Shown piece by piece: positions 25,707 through 41,000 of a stretch of 64,000 nucleotides of DNA. Numbering within the stretch: position 1 is the first letter of the stretch; the number at the start of each line of letters is the position of its first letter. The position numbers and the translations under genes were made by a program. A model generated the notes under the pieces. The model worked only from the letters and a program-made list of their open reading frames with translations, was not told the DNA's origin and did no database searches. Source of the DNA: Styela clava (Eukaryota); NCBI RefSeq assembly GCF_964204865.1, contig NC_135250.1:20398001-20462000 (forward strand), written 5' to 3'.

Positions 25707-28475
25707 CTAACGCAGTGGCTTTCTTTCCAATGAGCTACCGGGACTATGGGCGCTATTTACAGTTCCGGTGCTAGACCTACAACTGCTCAAAGTGTCGTAG
25801 TGTGTATTGGGCACTGGCTTCCACGATGCGCTAAGGTATGTATTTGCATTAGAATCTATCTTCGGGTTGTTCTTTTTTGCATCATATACGACCACTCGCG
25901 CCGAGTTTGTTATGACGGATTCCCGTCTATTATATCGATGATGTGTAAATAAAAATCGAACATCACTGTTCCTCCATTTTCTTTTAACAATTCTCCAGTC
26001 CGCTTTGTTCACAACGCAATACAATAAAAATATTTGAAGTCCTTGGAGGCCATTTACTACGGTATGTGCTGTTAGAAGAGTAGTGGTCGCACCAGGTATA
26101 TTACCTAGAATACCCAGTATCCACGGAATTGCAAGAACTGGCATTAATATTGCAAATGTTCGAGTCACAGATAGCATATGTTTCACATGCCTTTTTTGTC
26201 TGGCAGCCGACCCAAGAGGTATGGCACCGCTACCAATCGATGTGATCGAAGATCGATATCGTGGCGGGGGTGTACTGCCACGACTTTGGATGGCGTTCCC
26301 ATTTGAGTAACCGTATTGAGTGTTGCTCGATTCAAAGTTTCTCACTCGGTAAGTTTGAATTTTTCTATTCATCTTCATAACACCTTTTGTTATGTAGCAC
26401 AAAATGGCTATATTTGCCACAACGACAAATATAATTGGACCAACAGCAGTCCATACAATTCCGCTGTCAGCACTCAGCCAACATCTTTCATACATTGGCG
26501 TTGAATATGATGTATTTTGTGATTTCTGTAGAGTAATTTTATAGGCTTCAGCCAAATCGATATACTTGTTGTTTGATATCCCGTATGCTGCCGCAGGTAC
26601 CGTAAAAACTAGAGGCGCACACCAAGCAAATACAGTTTGCACTATTGTCAAAGTAGGATATTCCACGTTCAATGTTAGTTTCGGAAACATCTTCACGAAT
26701 ATTCCGAGTCCTTCGCAAAAGGACCAAAAGCCCGTGGCAAGTAGGAAATAATGAGTCATTATGGTGGCTGCTACACATCCGTTATCATTATGATTTCTTG
26801 CGAAATCGCTCCAAACAATAACTAAGTGGAGACACAGTAACGAAACACAAAGACTAACTTGCGAGTTTGTTCGGTTCGAGTTCATACCTGTTGCTTTTGG
26901 TGCGAATGTGGAATCAATACCAGCCCCGTGTCTCGCAATCAATATAAATAAAACTGTAAGTAACAAGCAGCATATGCTTGCAATCTCAAAAGCCAGAGAG
27001 ATATAATGAACCTCGGCCGGCATAACCACCGAACTATTCAACATTAATAAAGTCACGAAGGTCGTCGTGTGTTCGCACTCGCACGTCACTCCGCCGGCAT
27101 TTGATTTCGTGGATCGGCATCCTTTGTCACTCCACGTTCCGGTTGTTGTGAAATCAAACCAGACGCACACTCGCTGAACATTTTTGATTCTTTCGTTGGA
27201 TTTCAAGCCTTCAAGTTCGGTGAAGTCATTTTGGAGATCCACAGAATAAGTAACTGGTAAACTTTCTTTGATCATATCCAATTTATCATTTTCGCGATAA
27301 TAAGCAACCGTCACAGCAGTTACATTTTCCGGTATTCTAGCATCTGACCGCGTCAAGTTTCTAGGCATAGTACTCATGTCTTTCCATAATGCTACAACCA
27401 CGGTTAGTTTGGATACTTGTTTTCCACTAATTTTTGTCGCATTCAACACTTTTTTTATTGGAATTTGGACATGAACAGAACTAGCTTCGCTCGGCTTTAT
27501 TTCCAGCGAAGAAACATTGTCGCTTGTTGTAACGTTACCATCATTATTTCTTGTAGAAATTGGATTCAAGGATATTGTTTGTACAACGACGGTGACGTCT
27601 TCTCTAATAATTTCGTCATTATCGAGCTTTGCGAAATCTTCGGAAACAGATTCTTCAAATTTCCTTATTTTTGAGGCGGCGTCCCCAACGAGCAATTCGA
27701 GATCTGTGGAAATGAAATAACTCAAATTCAACTGCGTGCTAAATAAAAACTACTTATCCACGAAATGAGTAATTGGAAATTTTAACGCGCTGTACAAATT
27801 TTGTATATTATCCTACACTTATTAGAGAAAAAATATTTTATTGAATAAAAAATCATGCTTACGTACTTTTATGAGCTGTTTGTGTCGGATCGAGTTCTGG
27901 ATATTCTGGTGATGTGCGATTCACTGGTTCTGCAATAATTATAGAAAGAGCAAGATTCAATCACTGATCTAAGTCGAATTTAAATCAGAAAACAAAAAGT
28001 CAAAATATGGATTAATTTCGAAGTAAAGTTTACTCTCGTTTATTTTTGCGTTAAGTTCAGATTGTGAATAAAGTATTTTTTAAGAAAGATCGCGTTATGG
28101 AGTATGGATGACAAAACAGGAAGCACCGTTAGTTGGCGATCCGCGAAAGTTTGACCACTAGATGAGCTGGTAATGTTCTTCTATTACGTATATGTTATTG
28201 CATTATTGATGATTGAACTATTACTTATAAACAATATGCTAGAATTGTGTATGTATATAATTGCCATGTATATTAATAATGAAAGAACTTACTTTTTTCA
28301 TTTAGTGATTGAGAATTGATTCCGTCAACTATTAAATAAAAATGGCAAATTTAAAAAACAAATCAAGGCACACTCTGTAACAGCGACAATTTGAAAAGAT
28401 TTCACAATAAATCGAAAATTTACCTGCGCCCAACGTTAAGAGTAGCACAATAATCAACATATGATAAACATCCAT
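25707..28475 (-). CDS. Adhesion GPCR (class B2), intron-poor, ~703 aa
   Basis: Signal exon MDVYHMLIIVLLLTLGA (28424-28475), a 63-nt exon (27867-27929), and one 1997-nt exon (25707-27703) with GPS CVWFDF..W...GC..CECEHTTTFVTLL, seven hydrophobic segments, HYFLLA..FW..CEG, RCWLS and VVNGLQGLQIFLLYCV. Confidence 0.9.
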
Positions 28476-31400
28476 TACTTGTCTTCTTGTTGCTTCAAGC
28501 AAATAATATAAACTCAAAGTGTAACGAAAATCTTCAATCAAGCGCTTGCGTCATGTTTTCTATATATAGTTAGAACCTGCTGTAACCAATATACATGCGA
28601 TTATGTCATAGTCTGACAAAAATATCAAGGCAAATTTGTAGACGAATAACGCCGTTTTTGGATTATGAAATACTGTAATGTGGGGAAACCCTTAATATTA
28701 CTTTGATAATAATTCATTAAGTTTAATGTAAGTAGTCGAAGTTTACTGAAAGAAACGCATTATTGTCCACGCTTGAATGTTAATAAAACGCCGGTCTGAT
28801 CGTGAAAAAGACGTTTATACCAATTATTCACTGGTATAAGTCTCGGATATTACTGCTATAAGCACTGGCATAAGTCTTCTATATTACTGTGTTTTAACAA
28901 TTTAGCACGTATGTCCTGTCACGTATAGGGAGGGTCGTGCTTTGATGGTTTCTCTGAACATGGCCTGAATCATTTTCTGCATGAAATCTGCAGAAAATAT
29001 GATTTTCATCCTAATTTTTCATCAAATGAATTATTGCTCAATTATGTTTTTTTTCATAATTTATCCGATCCATAAAACAGTTAGAATAGTGCCTAATGTT
29101 AGTTATTCATATTGCGAATAGCTATAGAATATAAATAGTATATATAATATTGAGTACATATATAGAGTACTCTACAAAGTTTGCAAGTTTGCTGGAATAG
29201 TTCTTTTGCAAATTTTCATCAACTTTATATTTACATATTTTATTTCTTATTTCCTTCCTGTTCGGAGGAACGAGGATACAAACTAAATATACATATGCTA
29301 CTGAATAACGACTGCTCAATTATAAAAAAGTAAGATGCTCTTCAATTTTTTTTTTGATTTATAACCAATAAAATATCATCAAGCGATATCAAACAACTAC
29401 TATGTTTAAGAATGTTTACACTCTTGGTATCTTATCCTTATTATGCCTTATGGACCATCACAAACTAATCTTGAAACTCTACGTATTATGTGATGTGGCA
29501 GTTATGCCAACCACAGCTCGTCCACTGGAACCGTCACTGTTCTGTATTGTTTTGTATATTGAAAGCAAATGAACTGATGCTAGTGTTCAAATTTATTTAA
29601 ACCAGTCAAAAGTACCCTCTAAAACCTGTCTACCCTTTCTGTTGAGCGTAGTTTCACGAAAATCCATCTTTAGAATGTGACGCAGTAAAATCACTTATTT
29701 CGATAGTATAGTCCGCTAATAATCTGGACGTATTCTTTTTATATTCACAGCACCGACAATATCATACTTGGTCTTGATAATCGACTGCACATTGAGTTCA
29801 CACTATGACTAACGAATATTCATTCCATCTATTAACATACTGAAATATACATGTCATCAATTTCTCTAACCAGCAGTCAATTAGGATAATTTCAAAATAA
29901 AATTCTAAATCATCTCATAGCCTGTTTTTCTGCTCATAAAAGAAGTATTCGTAATATATAGCATATGGAAGAAAAAGGGACGCGGTAGGATTTTTGCATG
30001 ACGTTAGACTATGCATATGTAGGAAGTGTGGTGACGCAGATGTTCAGTATTCAATACATAACCTAACAGAACTGTTCAGAAAATAATTGAATATAATAGG
30101 AATTTCATGTAAATGCAGTTCATCAGCACAGACTAACTGTTCGGGAAAACAAAAAACTATGATTTCATGTCACTATTACGCACCATTACGCCATTTTTTC
30201 AAGAATATAAAGGCATATCAGGCATACCTTGATGGTAAATATGCTAGTACCTCCCGTTTAATAAAATGGGTGTTCGGGCTATAGCTGTTTCTAAACACTG
30301 ACTACACAAGTGCATTCTCCAATCGCTATTGTCCTAATTTGCTCGTTTACTTAGAAACAATGCAGTCATCTGATTCTGATGATGTACACTTCCTTCTCGT
30401 TGCTAATTCATCAAGTCATTAGTATGTTTGACTCATTATATGGAACTTTGACATGATTTTTCAAAATCAGAAAAACTCAGACTATTAATATCGGAAACCC
30501 GGAATATATCTGATTCACGAAAGACAGTTGAAAATCCAAAACTCTTTGAAAATTATTTTTAGAATGTTGTAATCATGTTAATTTTCTTGTTACAGCATGT
30601 TTTTCGGTATCAGCGCAACTTCTTATTAAATAGAAAATCTTGCACTACTATTTTAAAAACCAGTATGTCACCAAAATGTTATTGCAAAAAGATCAGTTAC
30701 TATTATTCAATGAGTATTTTTTACGTATTAGACAATTCGCATTTATTTTCATTCGTAACATAGAAACACTCACATTTTTGATTTTATATATAACCTTTTG
30801 CGTAGAATAATGACCGCATGCATTTCATGAACCTTGAACTCGTCAAGACTATGCCATGAACTTTCATAGTCTTTCAAAAAAAGTTTCGGTCTTCGTAAAA
30901 ACACAATTTGTCCAAAATCCAAAATATTTCATGAATAACATTCTTTTTTTCATGTACAGATATTTCAATCCATAAATCAATGTGGTTTTTGGACTTCTGC
31001 AGACGAATATTGAAATTATGAATTTGAAAAATTGGTATTTAAAAATCGATAATGTGATTTTTTATATGTAACAAATAGAGTAACTGCATTACGGGATCCA
31101 CTTGCTCAGTATCACTGTGCTACTTGTGCTGTGTTAAATTTGCCCAAGCACGCGCCAATTGTAATCTTCAACGAAAGATCAACAGCTCATTTATGACCGT
31201 TGAACCTGGCAACGATTATGTTATTACTATTTTTACGACGTCACTAAGAGTTTCATTCAGGTCTTCAGATGCGTCATTATCATATCCGTTGAACGATTTG
31301 GAAATTTTAACTCCATGAATATGATTCCATATTCAGTATTATAAAACGTCATTTCCGTTCAAATGGTCAGACACCAGACGAATGGACTTCTTCGTGACAT

Positions 31401-32097
31401 CTTGTTGCAATACTTCGTGACTATCTGAATCGTATATACATATAAAGATAATCTGGACTCAAAAATATATTTATACGTGACTGCCCAACCGTTTCACCTC
31501 AATTACAATTCTTTGGTCTATCAAGTGAGTCAAATCTTTGTGTCGGCCAAACCTCATGCAAATTTAGTTTACAGATCTATAATCTTCTCAAAGCAGCTGT
31601 TCGGATCCCATATTATCAGTTCAAAATAGCCAAGTTTTCAAATGCTTTGCCATAATTTTAATTCGAGATTTTCATTAAAAACACATGCCAGGCTATATGG
31701 CTTCAAATACTATATAGGGGTTATATTTAGCAGTGCATAAATGAGTATGTATTTGTGAATGGAACTGAATATTACGTATATGGAATTAAAAGTAATAAAA
31801 TTACAGATATCTGATTGAGCAAATTGTGCGATAAATATAGAAATTGAGTGTACATGATAATGTAAATCTATAACGGCGCAGTTGGAGTACCTAGTCGGGC
31901 CGAATATTTCGAATCAGCCTCGTTTTCGGATTAATGGCTTTAAAAAGAGATACCGGGTTCGAATTTTTTTCAAAATCATTCACAAGGATTACCTATAGAG
32001 CGCAGATAGTCTTACGTTCAAAAATTGAATTTACAGTTCTTATTTGCAGATGTACTTTTGAGATCTGGGCCTGCATTGGACTCATATACATACATAT

Positions 32098-35000
32098 TCA
32101 TGTTTCAAAAACTTCTTCTCCTGTAAATTCAACCAAATCTAGGCTGTGACCAAGATTTGTCTGCCCTATTTCTTCATTTGAATTTTTAACGTTTGGTTTT
32201 GCATTTTTTCCAGGTGATGTAAAAGTAGACCCAATCGATACCGTTGTTTTTCTTGTTGTTTCTGAAGCAGTCGAGGGGGTTAATGTTCTTCCAAATCGCG
32301 TGGTAGCACTTTGTGGAGCAAAAGGTTGTGCAATTGTGGAACTGATGACATCTTCTGCAAAAACAAAGCGTTTTGAAGTAAGAAGCGTAAAATTCTACAG
32401 TATTTTACATTTTTTGTTCATTTATACTAGTTTAGTTTTTGCCAACTTAACAACATACAATTTCATCAATGTGTCATATTACCATTTTTGTTCTTTTGGA
32501 AATTACATCTTTGTGTTATGGCCGTCGTCCAGGCTTGCCTCACATCCTTTCGCCTTAAACAGAAGAAGTAGAATACAAATACTCCCTGGAAGAAAATGAA
32601 ATGTTATCAAAAGACACCATGCAATTTCTTTCTCAGAATCAACAGCAAACGAAATAAAATTGCTCATTCGTTCATTATCCTATAATGTGATATGCAAGTT
32701 AGATACTTTAATTTAGAAACGATGCATAAAAGTGAGTATCAACGGACTTCATTGCAGGTGATGAATATCGTAACAGAGTTTGTCCAAAAAATTCGCTTTA
32801 AACTAAATGTTAAATTACGAAGATTCAAAATGCTTGACAGTAGTTACATTTTTATATTAAAATTTAGCATCATTGAAGGGCAATCGTGATTTATGCTGAG
32901 TTTCAATGAAACGAAAACTAAAAAGTGCTAATAACCAATATTCACAAATATACATTTGCGCTATTGTATATATATATATTTATATATACTTATATTCTCA
33001 GATACAGGATTTCTATATGTATGGCATTGTGTTTCATCGGCTATGATTCAGTCAGTTTCTAAATATATTTACCTGTGCCGAAGTCGTTATAGCAAAAAGC
33101 CATCCAAATACTTCCTGCACTAGGGCATTGCTTGATACGACCAGTGGTATAGCAAATATCCAAGCCACACCGAGAAGCAAGGCTACAAGTATAGCACGTA
33201 GAACATGGATAATGGGCTTCTCTTCAATCGAACACTGTACCTACAAGTAGATATTTTTTTGACTTGAAGTAAAACAAGAGAGCTATGCTCAAATATATGG
33301 ACACGTAGAGTCACATAATTTTGATGACGTCATAGCGAAAAAAAGTCATAGCCCTCTGGAAAATTTTTATCTTTAACCACTGAAAATTTCAAAGCAATTG
33401 GTCCAGTATTCAAAGAGAAAGGCGATTTCTTCAAAACGTGTTAACGGAGACAAATAATAACAATAACAACAAAATTTTGAAACGATCGTTATGCCCACTA
33501 CGTGTCCAATTATATCCTAAGACACATAAAAAAAAATAATCCTACTGATTTCCGACCCCATGTTATTGCTTTAATAATGACAACAGATAATACAATGTTG
33601 AATGTTAAAAATATTCCAACAATCAGAAGAAATCCGAAATAGAGTGAATTCCCTTGCAACCAACAATAACTTTCGGCAACGTAGGTTGACCATACATCAG
33701 TTTCGCAACCTGAAAATAGTGAATGAGTTTTAAGAAAATTAAAGGAGTTAATGTGTAATCGCCCAATGTAGATTTTGATAAAATACCAGTTCCACTTTAA
33801 AAGCAAAGTGAATATTCCCATTTCAAAAACTATGTAACTCGAATAGCATAAGAGCTATCGAAAAATCAAATCAGTTATATGTGATGATTTTTGGTTACAT
33901 ATTATAGGTGGATATTTGAGCAGGTGGGTAGAAAGTTTTACCTGCGGGTACTCATCAAGGTATATTTTTACTTTATAAAATAGTTTCCGACTCATGCTCT
34001 AAGACAGGGGTGGGAAAGGTTTTTGGAAAAAAGGTCAAAATACCTAGACTGGCGGAACATGTAAATCTGACGTAATAATTTGCCTATCATTCTTCACGAA
34101 TTAGGGTGCAGAAAAGGTTTGCAGCAACAGATTATTAGAAAACATCAAAAACGATAGACTAAATTACATGGCGAGAATGCGTAAGCTATGAACAAAAAAT
34201 ACCGTGAAAAAAGAAAGGGAGAGCGTTATGAGGAATTTAACAAAACTTTTTCGGCACTAAATTGAAACTCAAGGGCTGCGCATGACCGCACACGACAACG
34301 CACGAGGCACAAGGTGGAAAGCACGCCGTCGAGTCCAGTGAGCAAGAAAACGTGAAGTTTTGTTATCACCCCATAACATAAAAGTCTGTGGGAACCTAAA
34401 CTACACTTACCCAGACTACGATCACAATATAACAAGCCTACTGCACCATACAGATTTCAATAACAACAACTATGTAGTGCATGCAGAATTGGTTAAAAGC
34501 AGAAATTTATGGTAACATCAGGCGAGCCAGATTGAATCGCTCAACGGGGCGTAGTTTGTCCATGTAAGCTCTAAGCATATTGCAGGGATATCGTATAATG
34601 AATTAGTCTTACCTGCTCCTTTATCCCATTGCATATACTGCGATAAAATCGAGAAACTTATAGTAGTGAGAACAATTGCTGCTGCGACAGCATAGACAAC
34701 AATTGCAGATTTAACCCCTTCGTCTTTCGCGTGCCTTCTATCAAACGTTTGAACAAACATCCTGCGAAATTGTGGAAAAATTTTACTTCATAATAGCAGT
34801 GGAATTCTGAGGTTCAGCCTAGTTAGTAGTAACCTATTACCAATGTTAAATTATGTCTGTCAAATTTAGTCAGCTTTGCGCAATTGATGTATGCTCAATG
34901 TACTGAAGCAGTACTGTACCGTACTTTCACACTCGGGGGCGCCAAAGTGCATTGCTGAGAACTTCGTCGAAGTAATGGATATTGACCACATCAACATCTG

Positions 35001-38000
35001 ACTGCTGAAAATCGATTGATTGAATATTTTGGTAGTAGAATGTAATACCCTAGCGGTAAGCGCACAGTATGGGTAATTAACAAAACGAAATGACGTATTA
35101 AAGTGTCTTTTTGTGAACAAAATTTAATTAAAATTGGTCGGAAAACTGTGTATTTTCAAATCTTTGGAGGGGACGTTGCAGGTCTCGTCGCCCCAGCGAG
35201 GAATGAGAGCAGAGGAAAAGTGAAAAAAGGGTAATAGACTTCTAGGAACTTCTTCCTGGTACCGTAATCGAATAGCCCATTTACTATGAATAATAGCGAT
35301 TTTACCCAATAACAACAATCACCTAAACAACAAGAGAGCAATGCTCAAATATATGGACACGTAGACGAGAGCGAATCAGTCCTTACCGGTACCTTTGACG
35401 CTACCGGTACCATCAAGAAAATTTTAGATTTTCAGTAGCAGGAATTTTGCAGAATCGAAACGTACAGCCAGTCTCCACACGGACTAAAATCAAAATCCGT
35501 GTTCCCATGGATAAAAAAAATTCGGACGAAATTTCAAATTTAATAGAATTCATACAAAATTTAAAAATAAATAAAAGTAATAGCCTTCTAGAAAAAATTC
35601 AATCTTCAACTACTGAAAATTTCAAAGCAATTGGTCCAGTAATCAAAGAGAAAAGCGACTTTTTAAAAACGTGTCAAAGAACAAGAACAACAACAGAATA
35701 TTGAAACGATCGCTGCTATGTCTACTACGTGTCCAACAAGAATAGCAACAACACGAATTCATCAAAATCATGTGTACACTAAGTGTCCAATAATGTCTGA
35801 ACAAGTATTCTCACCTGTACATTGTTATGCTCTCTACCGCCATCCATCCCCAAGCTGCTAGTAAGAAGAAATGTATAAGGGCAGATACAGCAACACAAAC
35901 TTGTCTGTTACGCGTCGCTTCTATCCCAATCAAGAATATGAAGTAAGCAATGGAAAGGCAGGCACATAAGTTAATATGAGTGAATGCAGATCGCACGCGA
36001 CGAAGTTCTCTGTATAAACGAATTGAATATTACTGATATTTTGTTTTTGTCTGGCATAAAACTTTGAATCAACTTCAAATTCTGGAATACCCTTCCAGCT
36101 AGCAATTTTCTGACAGTGTTGACTGTTGAAGTTCTTCATATACCGCACCAAACACCATGCATATAATGAATGGAGCAGAGATCTTTCAAGAAAACCCAAT
36201 CGAAAATATAAAGACGGCTTTGTACACCAATTAGGCCCGTAATGCGAAATATTTTATTAGTAAAATACTTAAAATACATAGGATGAATTGCATAACTCAC
36301 GGTACAAACAAAAATATCCATATGGTTAATGCAAGGCATACAATACAGATAATCATTCCAATAGTGCTCACAACATCCAGAGCATAATTTGGTAGCACGT
36401 GTTCACTCTGAATAGAAAAATATTTGTTAACGTGCTATTTAATGCTATATTTATATATATTTCAATACAAAAATTCAATATCTATGATCAATTTGAATAA
36501 CAAGTCAATTAAAACCAGCATGTTATAATTTAAGATGTACGAATATGATCAGCCACAAAAAATGACTCGTTTGGTTCATAGATGATTTTGCACTTTTCAA
36601 CCGTTTGTCTGAACTAGAAAATAGCGGAACTTCTCCTCAAAGGCCGTACGCTATCCAAGCGAACCAATACATTTTTTCAGTAACTCCAATAAATCGGCTG
36701 ATGGGGATTAGATCCCAAAAAACTTCAGACAAAATATACACTAATTCAATTTATTTTTATAAAACGTATTTTCTGCTCTACATTGTAACGCGTCAAGAAC
36801 TGAGCGCAGTCGTCTAAAATTGTGATATTGTATTTTAGATTGTCGAGTTTAAAACATTATTACTCAAAGTGAGATGGAAAACAAGTTTTTATATACACGG
36901 TGTTCATAAAGTCTTGTTACAATTTCATTTTTGTTATAAAATCTGTTCTCCATATGCCCGTTTATTTTAGTGATTCAGTGTTTATTTGAGCTTTTTCTTC
37001 AACAAATATAGCTATATGTGCAAAAAAACTATATCTGGTATCTATACTTGGAACCATAAACTTGGAATCAAACTTAGGTTCATTCAGATGTCTGTATACA
37101 TCCAAATTGAATCTTACCACAACAACTGCAAAACTTGTTGTATGATCACATTTGCATCTGACAACATCGGTTCTCTGACCAATAACCGGAGGTTCAACGC
37201 GACACCCGTCTGTTTTCCATAACTGCTCTGGGTGATCATAATATCTACATTCCGTTTTGAGACACTAAATAGCGAGAGTACAAAAATGAAGCTCCACCTC
37301 CATTTATAATAGTGTAAATTTATTAATTTAATATTCTCTGAATTTAGACATTGAATATTTCTGACGTTGTGAAAAATAAGTGAGGTAAGTATTTGAATCA
37401 TTATCGTATTCTTTAGCGTACCGTTCCTGAAGAAACATTCTTATTGTCCGCTATTTGCATCGAAAACTCGACTGGAACGCTGTATGTTTGTGTGCCGTCT
37501 GTAACTGTTGCTGATATAACCTAAGCATTTGAATAAATTGAAATATTTACACTGACAAGTCTGAGTAAAAATTAAACTATTTACAAACCGCAAAATTTTC
37601 GGAAATTTCATCAAGAAAGTATTTATTTTTAATAAGTGAGAAAGCCAACGGCACATTTTTGGTTTCACTGACTAAAAGCTATGATCAATTTCAATCGTCA
37701 TTATCTTCATGATACACAGAATAATAAAGTCATTTGAGTTTTTTAGCAAGAGTTGGAACCGCCGTGATTTGTTACCAAACGTTTCAAATCTACAGTTGCC
37801 AGAAATTAGGCAGTACCTTAAATGTACTTACTGAATTCACTTCGACTTTTTCATCGGTTGGAAACAACTCATCATCATCATAAGACATAAAAACAGCGCG
37901 AAATTGCTTTTGGTTTCCGTATCCTGGTGACTTTCCCGGCAACGGAGGATCAGCTAACACTTTTATATTTGATCTTCGATCATTACTTGAATGCTCCAAC

Positions 38001-41000
38001 GCAAGGTCGTCTTCATGCTCAAGTTTTACAACCTGAAGTAAGAATTTATTTTAGCTTCTAAATTATTCCGGTACTATAGTCTCATACCAAGCATAAATAG
38101 TAATGGCTTAGGAAGAAATTGTTCTTCTTGATCGCTATGGTCCCACAGCAATTTTAATCAGATACCACGTAAGCTACTGTCTAGTGCTGACTGTACTCTT
38201 CGCAGTCTTCGTTCATGAATAAACAAATCGAGTTAAGGAGATTATTGATTATCTATACATCGATAATACATATTTGACTAATTGGGTGAGAGCGACTGGT
38301 ATATATGTACTTGAATGTTTTACATCACAGATGACTTATCCAATGACGTGTTATTCATTTGCATATTATACCACTGAATTACAATTGTCAATCAGTCCAT
38401 GTAATTGATAAATCGCTGAGGTGTTCTCCTAATCCGAAAAGATTCAATTTCTGATATATTATATATATTATGAAGACCGAAAGTAAGGCCGAATGATGGA
38501 ATGATCGCCTCGCTGGCACATGTGATATATTTTCAAGTCAGCAATAAGAAATGATTTAAATTGAACGCAATCTTTTGGTTTAAATTAGCGGTTCTCAAAC
38601 TGAATGCCGCGGCACCCTAGTCTGCAGGAAAAAATTTTAACGTGTGCCCCGAAGCCTTTGTTATTTTTAAGAAATTGATTGAGTTCAGTCGGAATCAGTT
38701 ATTCCGTCCGAACACAAAGAGATAGTTCAGCCGAAAGGTGAGGCAAATATCGAAAAGATCAAATTCATCATCAGTTAATTGCATTGTTTGGACCAATATT
38801 TTCGAGCACTGTGTTTTGAAGCAGCGTGTGGTGGTTTTGGTCATTTGCTTACAACCCCTACTCTACTAAATGATCAGTTTTAAAGCTAACAAAATATTGT
38901 TTCCATTTGCATCTTTATGGCTCTACGAATTTAATTTTTTACTCTGATAGAAATCAAAAGCAAAACACGACATTTGGAAATCGAAAAGAAAATGTGAGTG
39001 CACTTGGCAATGGCGAGAGCAAGTTTAATTCTTATTTACTTCCAAAACCAAGCCCATTTAACGCATTAGTTTGCATAATAAATGACTTTTGTCTGTAATA
39101 AGTGACTCAATTATTTTACAATCGTAGTATTATCAATAAAAGGCCGGATCACATTCAAACTTAATTGGATCGAAAGCATGGCCGACGAGACTCATCACTT
39201 AGATTCTAACAAATCTAGGCAAACCCGTACTGCAATCTTCAGCATGTAGCATATTATTAAACAATTGGCGATTTCGTATTGTGATTAAGACAGATAAATC
39301 CCAATTGCAACAATATCATAATCTGTTTGCCCATCCCATTTCATGCCCATTTTAATACCTCAACTTCAATTCCATCCGCTTCAAATTTGTGTCGTGTATT
39401 ATTCGAATCCATCTCGACATGTTGTGCAAATTTCTCCAATGCTTTTTCTAGTCGAGTTCTGAATCCCGGTCGTGCTTTGTGTGTTTTATTACGTCCGTGT
39501 CGTGATAAATATCTCCTGATCTTTGCAGTGGCTGCAATGATGTCAGAAAATACTTCAGGGGGTATCTGTAAAACATGCATTTAGTCAACATTTCAGTAGT
39601 GTTTTCCAGTTCTCTGAGTTCATAACTGTGGCTATTTCTGATTTATCCCTGTGTTTTTATCGATTTAATTTTACGATATATATACAATTAGCCTGATATT
39701 AAGCAAGCATCTTAGCTAGTTTTTGTATAACGACTACAGAGTATTCGACGTGTTTATTCAACTTCCCTGGTGCACAAATTGCTTCTTATTATCAAATTAA
39801 AAACTAGTACATTATACCAGTATCCTTTTCCTTTGACACATTTTAGCTTGTACATAAATTTATTTCATAATTGAGACGATGAGATGTACAATTCCTCAAT
39901 TGCCATGATATTTACCTTTGTGCAATACGACATATGTATACACATAATAGGAAAGGGCGTCAGGATTCAAATATCCAACATATAATACTCCAAGCAAAAA
40001 TTTTGTTGTAAACATGTGGCAATTGTAGTTTGCTATTCCACAAGTCGAGTCCTGGCGTCTTCATTATTTAAAATTTGCATAGTATAATTATATTCATATA
40101 TTAAATTACTATATATGTTCATGAAGCCCTAATACAAACAAATTTCGGTTATTAAGTCAAAACCTATACATATATATTAACCAGGTTTGTTTTATTTTAA
40201 TCACTGTTTATTTAAGATCTTACTTTGATTGCAACATTGCCCAATATCAGTTGCACGAAGCATAAGTAAAGTGCTTTTACCTATGTACCTTGTATTATGT
40301 AATTTATGTCTTAGAAAATTTCACCTTTGAATTATTTTCCGACATTTCGGATAATATTTCTATGATACGTGTTATATTATTTGTCGTGAAATTACTCAGA
40401 AGTAAAAATATCGCGTGTAATTTTCTTGTCGCCTGCTTCATTGTTATATTTTTTTGTTTTGCATCAACAAATATCTGCAAATTAAAAAAAAAAGTGTGAA
40501 GATATAAAATAGTATACGCACCCCAAAAATAGAATCCCAGATTAATCTCAACCATTTATAGGTCATCACCCTTATAGTAAGTAACCTTATTAAATAACAC
40601 TTTATATAAATGATATACTTCGCTTAAAGAATCTGATAGACTTCTGTCGCATTCCATCCGAACCAAATCTGTGAACTCAACAACCGGTTTACCGCTACAG
40701 AACATTAATCCTTTTGGAATTCCTGTTGAGTTGTTTAAATATTATTAGGGTCTTGCAAAGATATATATTTGGTGATTTGTCAAACGATCCTATTCCAACT
40801 ATTGACCGAATTCAGAGCATAACTTTTTAACCGTAAACGGTGAATCAAATGACAGAAAAATTATTTAATTAAGTTATATATCGTCACGCTAATAACCGAA
40901 TTGCGTGAGTCATTTTTGACGATTTTGAGTTTTTTTTTTTATAAAATAGGTATTTATGTAATGCTGCGCACCTGTATGTTAACTCAGATTTTATTTTAAG

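Noticed and set aside
31150-32097. Possible further GPCR tail exons beyond TGA 32098
   Set aside because: Requires read-through or a frameshift, and downstream frames contain stops. Treated as 3' UTR.
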